Assembly: GCA_035525455.1 (NCBI GenBank)
Contig: DATLEF010000174.1
Span: forward strand, 7,254 to 71,253
DNA: 64,000 nt
DNA from: Burkholderiales bacterium
Lineage (GTDB): Bacteria > Pseudomonadota > Gammaproteobacteria > Burkholderiales > SG8-41
Direction of reading: 5' to 3'
The position numbers and the translations under genes were made by a program. Positions within the stretch are counted from its first letter, which is position 1. Every line of letters begins with the position of its first letter. The notes under the pieces were generated by a model that saw only the letters and a list, made by a program, of their open reading frames with translations, searched no databases and was not told where the DNA came from. This document shows positions 35,808-43,313 of the stretch, one piece after another.

Positions 35808-36769
35808 TCACTCCGCTTTCGCGCCGGACTCCTTCACGACCTTGCCGAGCTTGACCACTTCTGACCGTATGTATCTGTCGTATTCCTCCGGCGTCATCGG
35901 CATCGGATCCGCACCCTGGTTCTGGAGCTGCCCTGCGACGTCCGGCAGGCGCAGGATCTTGACCACCGCGCCATTCAGCTTGTCGATGATCGGCTTGGGC
36001 GTACCGGCGACCGTGATCAGACCGAACCAGCCGTCGAATACGCAGTCGCGCACTCCCGCTTCGACCATGGTCGGCAGTTGCGGAAACGCCGACGAGCGTT
36101 TGCTGCTGCTCACCGCCAGGGCACGCACTCTACCGGCTTTAATGTGAGAGGACGCGAGTATCGCCGGCGCGAAGGTCATCTCGAGCCGGCCCGCGACGAT
36201 CTCCGTGATCGCCTCGGCGAATCCCTTGAACGGCACGTGCACGATACTGATTCCTGCAGTGCTGCGGAAGATCTCACCGTTGATGTGTGAATTGGAGCCG
36301 ATGCCCGCAGACGTATAGTTGAATGTCCCCGGTTTGGATTTGGCCAGAGCCACCAGCTCCTTCACGTTTTTTGCCGGCAGCGACGGGTGCACGATCAGGA
36401 TATTCGGTATCAGCGCGAGCGGCGTGATCCCCGCGAAATCCTCACCGGATCGAACGGCAGCTTGGTGTACAGCGTTGCGTTGATCGCGTGACTGGCCGAT
36501 ACGACGAGCAGCGTATATCCGTCTGGCGGGGCTTTCGCTACGACCGAGGTGCCGACGACACTGCCGGCGCCCGGCCGATTTTCAACGAGGACCTGCTGCC
36601 CCCACATTTCGGTGAGCTTCGGGCCGATCACGCGTGCGAGCGCGTCGGTTGCGCTTCCCGCGCCGAAAGGCACGACGATGCGGATGGGCTTCACCGGATA
36701 TTCCTGCGCATGCACCGCACCGGCCATGACGAGCGCGAGCGCCATAAGTTGGATTGCGAGACGAGTCAT
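35808..36769 (-). pseudogene. Bug/TctC-family substrate-binding protein, disrupted by a -1 frameshift near 36440
   Basis: Two consecutive ORFs (36410-36769 and 35808-36392) together make one Bug protein. Frame 1 reads ...LPFDPVR then ISRGSRRSR*. Shifting by one base after gtgagg restores ...DPVRDFAGITPLALIPNILIVHPSLPAKNV..., matching the family motif DPVRDFAP seen in the neighbour. This is consistent with one missing G. Confidence 0.7.
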
Positions 36770-36781
36770 GCTTGATCCTCC

Positions 36782-37861
36782 TCAAGATTCCAGACACCGC
36801 CCCATCCAGTCGGCGGATTGCGTGCGGTAGCGGTAGGCGCGGTTGTTCGCGACGTGGTTGCCGTCCTCGATCACCAGCAGCTCGACGGGGCCGCGCGCTT
36901 CGCGTGCGAGTTTTTCGGCGTCCTGCCACGGCACGATCCGGTCGAGCTTGCCCGCGACGATGTAGAGCGGGCACGTGATGTTCGAGGCGACGCCCTTCAG
37001 CGTCAAGCTCGCGCCGTATTCGCGCGCGTCTTCCAGCGTCGCGGACTTCGAGCGCACGCGAAAAGCTTCCTGCGTGAGCGGGTTCATCCCGGGCCAGATT
37101 TCGGCCCAGTCGTAAGGGCCCGAGAGCGCGATGCACGCACGAACGCGTTTTTCAAAAGCCGCGGCGCGCGGCGCGTAATAGCCGCCCAGCGATACGCCCC
37201 ACAGACCGGTGCGTGACGCGTCGAGATCCGCGCGCCTGTCCACCCAGTCGAGAACGCTTTTCACGGCCACTTCGTAGTCACCGCGAAGGGGAAGCTCGTA
37301 TTCGGCTTCGCCCTGGCCCGGACCGTCGAAGGCTAGAGTGGCCATGCCGCGCGCAAGAAAAATCGATTCGTAGGCATCCATCTCTTCTTTTGCCGAATCG
37401 AGCCCCATGCACATCACCACGATTGGCGGACGCTCCACGCCGCGGGGCTTACGCAGGATTCCGTAGAGGCGCGTGCCGGCGTGCGGTATTTCCACCCGCT
37501 CGCCCGGCGGGTCGAGATGGGGCAAAGCAGCGCGGCGGCAATCGACTGCTTTCATGTGCGCCCCGCGCATCTGCGCATAATCGTGCACAAATACGAACTT
37601 GGCAAAGTGATAGCACACGGCTGCCCGCGTGTAGTGTTCGCCCCCCGAAAACCCGTTGCCTGCTGCGAGCGCGTCGGCGCCGAGCGCTTCGTGAACGGCT
37701 GCGCGCCGCGACCACGCTGCACACCAGTCGTCCCAGCGCTCGATTGCAGCAGTCACTTCCTGAAAATCGGTGAGGGGTACGCCGTTCGCGACAAAACGCG
37801 GCGCCCAATGAGCAATCGCGGCGTGGACGCGCGCATCGACGTTTTTCGCCGCCGGTTCCAT
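36782..37861 (-). CDS. alpha/beta hydrolase, 2,6-dihydropseudooxynicotine-hydrolase-like (C-C hydrolase family), copy 2
   Basis: 359 aa. Collinear with and roughly two-thirds identical (by eye) to copy 1. GVSLGGY nucleophile elbow. GAAGG RBS. Confidence 0.8.
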   Translation of the reverse strand: MEPAAKNVDARVHAAIAHWAPRFVANGVPLTDFQEVTAAIERWDDWCAAWSRRAAVHEALGADALAAGNGFSGGEHYTRAAVCYHFAKFVFVHDYAQMRGAHMKAVDCRRAALPHLDPPGERVEIPHAGTRLYGILRKPRGVERPPIVVMCMGLDSAKEEMDAYESIFLARGMATLAFDGPGQGEAEYELPLRGDYEVAVKSVLDWVDRRADLDASRTGLWGVSLGGYYAPRAAAFEKRVRACIALSGPYDWAEIWPGMNPLTQEAFRVRSKSATLEDAREYGASLTLKGVASNITCPLYIVAGKLDRIVPWQDAEKLAREARGPVELLVIEDGNHVANNRAYRYRTQSADWMGRCLES

Positions 37862-37871
37862 TCGAGTACCT

Positions 37872-38768
37872 TCAAGCCGCCTGCGCGGGCAGTGCTCGCT
37901 GCATGTAGCTCAAGTCCATGTACTTCTCGGGTGCGCCTTTGGCCTGCGTATAGCCTTCCGCTTGCCACACGGTATCGATGACTTCGCGCAGCCCCGTTGC
38001 GCTGATCACGGGACGGCGACGTTGCGCAAAGCTTTTCAAACCCGCAAGCGCGGCGGTGGGTGCGAGCTTGAGGCGGGCCGGCAGCGCCTGTAGCGCCTCG
38101 TCGGCGTGCGCCGGATCCGAGAGCCATTCGTACGCGCTATCGTACGCGCGTATGAAGGCGAGCAGATCCTGCTCGTGATCGCGCGCCCAGCTGCGCCGTG
38201 CAGCCATGACGGGGCCGGGATACGTAGGAAAGCGCTCGCTCATGCGCGCGAGCATCGTGTAGCCGTCGGCGAGAAGCTGCGCATCGAAAGGTGCATTGAG
38301 CAGGCTGGCAACCGCGGCGCCGCTTTTCAGCGCGTCATAGCGCTCGACGGACCCGCCGAACTCCTTGAAAACGATTTCGCTTTCGGCGAGTTTTTCCTGC
38401 AACAAGCGCCGCAGAAGCAGCGCGTAACCCGTGCGTGCGCCGTCCACCGCTATAGTGCGCCCGCGTAGATCGCCGATCGCGCGTATGTGCGCGGCTGCGA
38501 CCAGCGTCAGTTCCGGCGCGTGGCCGTGAGGCATGAAGACGAAAAGGTCGGCGCCGCGTTCGACTGCGCGCACGACATGATCCGATTGCTGAAAGCCGAT
38601 ATCGAAACCGCCGCGGATCAATTCTTCCTGCTGCTCGACCGAGGAGCCTGTGAGAGTCACCTCAACTTCGGTGCCCTCGCGCTCGAATAACCTCAGCGCC
38701 TGGGCGACATACAGGGGCCAGGTATTGGTGCCCTCTGAAATGAGCCCGAGCTTGACCAGGCGTGACAT
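37872..38768 (-). CDS. NMT1/THI5-like (ABC-type periplasmic-binding-fold) protein without a signal peptide
   Basis: Trimmed to the ATG at 38768, preceded by GGAGGAG, giving 298 aa. It starts directly with MSRLVKLGLISEGTNTWPLYVA and has no hydrophobic leader in either candidate N-terminus. Confidence 0.7.
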   Translation of the reverse strand: MSRLVKLGLISEGTNTWPLYVAQALRLFEREGTEVEVTLTGSSVEQQEELIRGGFDIGFQQSDHVVRAVERGADLFVFMPHGHAPELTLVAAAHIRAIGDLRGRTIAVDGARTGYALLLRRLLQEKLAESEIVFKEFGGSVERYDALKSGAAVASLLNAPFDAQLLADGYTMLARMSERFPTYPGPVMAARRSWARDHEQDLLAFIRAYDSAYEWLSDPAHADEALQALPARLKLAPTAALAGLKSFAQRRRPVISATGLREVIDTVWQAEGYTQAKGAPEKYMDLSYMQRALPAQAA

Positions 38769-38839
38769 GCTCCTCCGGGAGTTTTGCGGAAAGGATTGCG
38801 GATGCGGACGCGGTTTTGAGCAGGATGCTAGGGACGCAT

Positions 38840-38882
38840 GAACCAATTGTCAACGATTTGAACCAATTGACCGAATTGGTTC
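38840..38882. promoter_or_regulatory. candidate operator: three GAACCAATTG half-sites in the divergent promoter region
   Basis: gaaccaattg at 38840-38849 and 38860-38869, and an inverted copy gaattggttc at 38873-38882. The last two form aaccaatt-N5-aattggtt. Lies between the cluster's first gene (start 38768) and the GntR gene (start 38921). Confidence 0.45.
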
Positions 38883-38920
38883 GCCCGCTCACAATACTTC
38901 TCAAACAGGAGTCGAGGCTC

Positions 38921-39595
38921 GTGAATCGTGAAGCATCGCTCGCCGGCGCGAGACGCATACGCGATTACATTTTGAATGCGGCGCGGGAGCATCACGCGCC
39001 GGGCTCGCAACTTCCCACCGAGCGCGAGCTTGCGCGGCGCTTCAGCATGCCGCGCAATGCCGTGCGCAGGACGCTTGCGCAGCTCGAAGCAGAAGGCTCC
39101 ATTACGCGTCACGTGGGCCGAGGTACCTTTCTCGCCGGACGTATGGCGGTGGGCGCACCGGCTGCCGACGTCGCCGATGCGAGCCCGGCCGAGCTCATCG
39201 AAGCACGGCTGCGTATCGAGCCTGCGCTCGCCGAGCTCATCGTGACGAATGCGACCGCTGCCGATTTTCAGCGCATGGAAAGCTGCCTCGACAAAGCCGA
39301 GCGTGCGACGACGCTGGACGAGTTCGAAATGTGGGATGCGGCGCTCCATCAGGCGCTGGCAACGGCGACGCACAACCGCTTCGTCATTCGGGTCCTCGAT
39401 ATGGTGGCCGCCGTGCGCGAACAGGCTGAGTGGGGCAAGCTCAAGGACCGCATCGTCACGCCCGAGCGGCGCCTCAAGTATCAGGAGGAGCATCGCGCCA
39501 TTGTGCGGGCACTCAAAGAACGTGACGCCGAACGCGCGCGGGAGCGCCTGCTTGCACACTTGCAGCACGCCCGCCGCAATCTCTTCGAATACTAG
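38921..39595 (+). CDS. GntR-family transcriptional regulator, FadR subfamily (FCD domain)
   Basis: GTG at 38921, 9 nt after AGGAG, gives 224 aa, typical for the family (the track ORF starts at 38762). wHTH LPTERELARRFSMPRNAVRRTLAQLEAEGSI. All-helical C-terminal FCD-like domain. Confidence 0.8.
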   Translation: MNREASLAGARRIRDYILNAAREHHAPGSQLPTERELARRFSMPRNAVRRTLAQLEAEGSITRHVGRGTFLAGRMAVGAPAADVADASPAELIEARLRIEPALAELIVTNATAADFQRMESCLDKAERATTLDEFEMWDAALHQALATATHNRFVIRVLDMVAAVREQAEWGKLKDRIVTPERRLKYQEEHRAIVRALKERDAERARERLLAHLQHARRNLFEY

Positions 39596-39680
39596 CTCGC
39601 GACACGCTGGACTCGCCCGGGCAGACCCACTCCAAGTACAAGATTGAATTAAGTTATTCCCACTGCCCGGCGCTTCGCAT

Positions 39681-39703
39681 TCATCCACAATTTTTGTGGA
39701 TAA
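39681..39703. other. convergent pair of DnaA-box-like 9-mers
   Basis: tcatccaca (39681-39689, 8/9 match to TTATCCACA) and tgtggataa (39695-39703, a perfect box on the minus strand), separated by 5 nt. They lie inside an AT-rich patch of a convergent intergenic region. Confidence 0.35.
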
Positions 39704-39861
39704 CGCTGTGAGTAAATCACCCACCGCGGAGCTTTTCCGTCGTTGTCGCCGCGCGTTGGCGGACTGCACAAGATTTATGCATGCAAAGCTTCCGACGGTT
39801 TCGCGGAGTCGAGCTGCGCGCGCGAGAAGCGCGCCCGGCTGCTTCAGCGCGCCGCCGTGAG

Positions 39862-41883
39862 TTATCGCTTGAGGACGTGGAACAGATTGTAGAAATCATC
39901 CGTCCAGACGCGGAAATCCGGACGCGGCTTGAGCGCGATGGCCGCTGCCCGCACCGGCTTCGCCGCGAGCAGCGCGGCGTTGCGCGTGACGATGATCTGG
40001 TCGGTTTGCGACGTCCAGTACTCGAGGCCGTTACCCCCCACCGCGTCCTGAGGATCAGAGATCAGCACAGCTTGGAGACCGAATTCCGCGGCGAGGCGCT
40101 CCACGACCGGAGCGATGTCGACGAAGCGATTGGTCGCCTGAAAAACGATGACGCCTTCCGGCTTGAGGTGGCGCAGGTACCCGGCCATCGCCTCCCGCGT
40201 AATGAGGTGCATCGGTATCGAGTCGCCCGAGAATGCGTCGATCGCGAGCAGATCGTAATTCTGCGGCACTTCCCGCTCAAGTGACAGCCGGCCGTCGCCC
40301 AGCACGATATCGACTTTCGCCGGCGTGTCGCGCAGATAGCTGAATTCCGTCACCGCCACGGCCGCCACCTGCGGATCGATTTCGTAGAACCGAAAAAAAT
40401 CGCCGCTTCGGCCGTACGCCGCCAGCGCGCCCGCGCCGAGCCCGAGGATGCCGATTTTCCTCGGCGTTTGCGGCAGGCTTTCGAACACGCGGCCATAGGC
40501 GCTCGTGCGACTGAAATAAGTCGTCGGCAGACGCCGGTATGCCGGGTCGAGAAACTGGCCGCCGTGGTTGATGGCGCCGTGATACATGGCCCTGAAGGCA
40601 ACGGGTTGCGCAAAGTCGCGCGTGCGCACCACGCCGTAGAAATTCCGCACCATGACGCGCATATCGGTGCGGTAATCCCGCAAGCTGTAAAGAGCGCATG
40701 CGAAGGTTGCGACGCACACCGCGACAGCGCTTGAAGTCACCCACCACCGCGCCCCGCGCGCACGCCACGCAAAAAGCCACGCGCACAGCACGAGCGTGAT
40801 GGCGAGCTCGTAATAGCCGCGCAACAAAGTCGGCGCACCAATGCCGATTGCGAGGGCGCCCAACGCGCCGCCGACTGCGATCATCAGGTAGAAGGTGGTT
40901 AGATGCCGCGGGCCCGGGCGCAGCCGGTAAAGCTCGCCATGGCACACCATGCAACACACGAATAGACCCGCCGCATAAAGCGGCGCGGCGACCCACAGAT
41001 TGAGAGAGTCGCTGAACCACGCCATGGCAGGAAGCATCCCTGCCGCAAGCACGAGAAAAAGCGGCCTCACGTACCAGCGCGGGTGATCGAAACAAAAGAT
41101 GAAACTGATGAGATAGAGGCTGAGCGGCACGATCCAGAGAAACGGAATCGACGGTACGTTCTGCGTAAGGTGGTTGGTCACCGCGAGCAGTAGGCACGAG
41201 CCCATGGCCGCGAGGGCTACCCAAAGCAGGCGCTGCCGAAATGTCGGTTCCGCCGCAAGCGGTGCGGCGGATTCAGCGTTTTCTATTACGTTGCTCGAGT
41301 GGCGTAAGGTCGCCAGCGCAGTCGCACCGCACAGTAAGGCAAACGCCGCATAGGCAGCGGACCACCATACCGACTGGCGCACCAGCGTAAAGACCGGCTC
41401 GATCAGAACCGGATACGACAGCAGCGCGATCAGGGACGCCAGGTTGGACAGCGCGAAAAGCCGATACGGCACTTCATGATGATAGCGGCGCCAGAACCAC
41501 GCCTGCACCAGCGGGCTCGTCGCAGAGAGCAGAAAGTACTGAAGCCCTATGGTTGCTCCCAGAAGCGCGAGGATCGATAACGCGGGCCCGGTCGCTGCGT
41601 CCGCGCCCGGGCGCCAGCGCAGCTCCGGAATGATCGGCAATAGAGCGAGACTCACCGCGAGTAGAGTCACGTGCAGGGCGGCCGCGGTGCGCGGTTTTAG
41701 CGCGCGCGTGCTCCAGTCCGCGTAAGCGTAGCCGAACAGGAGCATGGTCTGAAAAAAAACGAGACATGTCGCCCACACCGACCCCGATCCGCCGAACCAC
41801 GGAAGGATCTGCTTGGCGATGATCGGTTGAACCAGGAAGAGCAGGAAGGCGCTGAGGAATATCGTCGCGGCGTACAGATGCAT
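39862..41883 (-). CDS. fused polytopic membrane domain / spermidine-synthase-like (class I SAM-MTase fold) protein
   Basis: 673 aa. About 12 N-terminal TM helices, then an aminopropyltransferase-like C domain (ILGLGAGALAAY, YEIDP, DLLAIDAFSGDSIPMHL). Confidence 0.8.
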   Translation of the reverse strand: MHLYAATIFLSAFLLFLVQPIIAKQILPWFGGSGSVWATCLVFFQTMLLFGYAYADWSTRALKPRTAAALHVTLLAVSLALLPIIPELRWRPGADAATGPALSILALLGATIGLQYFLLSATSPLVQAWFWRRYHHEVPYRLFALSNLASLIALLSYPVLIEPVFTLVRQSVWWSAAYAAFALLCGATALATLRHSSNVIENAESAAPLAAEPTFRQRLLWVALAAMGSCLLLAVTNHLTQNVPSIPFLWIVPLSLYLISFIFCFDHPRWYVRPLFLVLAAGMLPAMAWFSDSLNLWVAAPLYAAGLFVCCMVCHGELYRLRPGPRHLTTFYLMIAVGGALGALAIGIGAPTLLRGYYELAITLVLCAWLFAWRARGARWWVTSSAVAVCVATFACALYSLRDYRTDMRVMVRNFYGVVRTRDFAQPVAFRAMYHGAINHGGQFLDPAYRRLPTTYFSRTSAYGRVFESLPQTPRKIGILGLGAGALAAYGRSGDFFRFYEIDPQVAAVAVTEFSYLRDTPAKVDIVLGDGRLSLEREVPQNYDLLAIDAFSGDSIPMHLITREAMAGYLRHLKPEGVIVFQATNRFVDIAPVVERLAAEFGLQAVLISDPQDAVGGNGLEYWTSQTDQIIVTRNAALLAAKPVRAAAIALKPRPDFRVWTDDFYNLFHVLKR

Positions 41884-41940
41884 CTCGCGTTCAGTGAGAC
41901 GAGGGAAGCGGGGATTGCGGACACAGCTGCGAGTGCATCG

Positions 41941-42921
41941 TCAGAGCAGCTGCGCGAGGTGCTTGAAGTCGGCGTTGCCGCCGGAGAGGATCACGCCGAT
42001 TCGTTTGCCGCGCCTCTCGAGCTTGCCTTCGAGCAGCGCGGCCGCTCCCAGCGCGCCGGTCGGTTCCACGATGATTTTCAGGCGCTCCCAGAGATACCAC
42101 ATCGTTCGCAAAAGCTCCGCATCGTCGACGGTGAGCATATCGGATACATAGCGCATGATCAGTGGAAAAGTGATATCGCCGGGGGCCGACGTCCGCGCGC
42201 CGTCGGCGATTGTATCCGGGTTGGGCACGCTCTGAATCACACCCGACCGGAACGAGCGCGTAACGTCGTCGCCGGCCGCAGGCTCCACGCCGATCACCTG
42301 GATCTCAGGCGCAAGCGCGTGCGCAGCAATCGCGCAGCCGGAGAGCAGACCACCGCCACCACACGGCACCAGGAGCAAGTCAAGCGGACCGGTTTCTTCG
42401 AGAAGCTCCATTGCGGCCGTGCCTTGTCCGGCGATGATGTGAGGATGGTTGAAAGGCGGAATAGGCGTGAGGCCTCGCTCGCGCACGAGTTGGGCCGTGA
42501 TGGCCTCGCGATCGTCAACGGCGCGTTCGTACAGAACCACCTCTGCCCCGTAACCTCGCGTTGCGTCGACTTTCACCTGCGGCGCATCCGCCGGCATGAC
42601 GATCGTCGTGCGAATACCCAACAGCGTTCCCGCGAGCGCAATCGCCTGCGCATGATTGCCCGAGGAGTAGGCCACCACGCCGCCGAGTTTACCTTCGGCG
42701 CCCAAGCTCGCGAGCGCGTGGTAAGCGCCGCGAAACTTGAACGCGCCTCCTCGCTGCAAATTCTCGCACTTGAAAAAAACGCGAGCCCCTGTGCGCGCAT
42801 CGACCGTGCGAGAAGTGAGCACCGGGGTGCGATGCGCTACGCCGTCGAGTGCCCGCGCCGCTGCCTCGACATCGGCGTAAACGGGGAAGGTGCCTTTATT
42901 CGCGCTCTCAAGAGCCGTCAT
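41941..42921 (-). CDS. PLP-dependent threonine/serine dehydratase family (threo-3-hydroxyaspartate ammonia-lyase / serine-racemase-like)
   Basis: 326 aa. PLP-lysine motif GGAFKFRGA. SSGNHAQA. Glycine loop PCGGGGLLSG. Confidence 0.85.
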   Translation of the reverse strand: MTALESANKGTFPVYADVEAAARALDGVAHRTPVLTSRTVDARTGARVFFKCENLQRGGAFKFRGAYHALASLGAEGKLGGVVAYSSGNHAQAIALAGTLLGIRTTIVMPADAPQVKVDATRGYGAEVVLYERAVDDREAITAQLVRERGLTPIPPFNHPHIIAGQGTAAMELLEETGPLDLLLVPCGGGGLLSGCAIAAHALAPEIQVIGVEPAAGDDVTRSFRSGVIQSVPNPDTIADGARTSAPGDITFPLIMRYVSDMLTVDDAELLRTMWYLWERLKIIVEPTGALGAAALLEGKLERRGKRIGVILSGGNADFKHLAQLL

Positions 42922-43073
42922 GAATATGCCTTTGGTCTATCAATCGCCCACGGTACATCTCAATTCGCCCTGATTTCGTGACTAATGACCTGTAATCCCC
43001 CTCCCCGCGCGGATCACAATCATTGCGTCTCGCTCGAACGCACGTTCGACGAGCAGTGCCGGGAGGAAGGACG

Positions 43074-43286
43074 ATGACCAAGCGTAACGACAAGAACGAG
43101 CCTGGAAGCGGCCGTGACAGCCGTTACGACGACGCGCTGCTGTGCGCCAACTGGAATCCGGCACTCGAGTTGCTCGCATGGGCCGGCGCCAGAACAGCAG
43201 ACAATGCGAGCCAATCGAGCGTGCAGCGTCCTGCCGAAGAAGATCCCGCTGCTTTCCTCCATCGCGTCTATCTGCTCGGCGCCTAA
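43074..43286 (+). CDS. hypothetical small protein
   Basis: ATG at 43074 preceded by GGAGGAAGGA, giving 70 aa (MTKRNDKNEPGSGRDSRYDDALLCANWNPALE...). No family recognised. Confidence 0.4.
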   Translation: MTKRNDKNEPGSGRDSRYDDALLCANWNPALELLAWAGARTADNASQSSVQRPAEEDPAAFLHRVYLLGA

Positions 43287-43313
43287 AGCCGGCGCGAAAT
43301 TCGACCCAACGTT

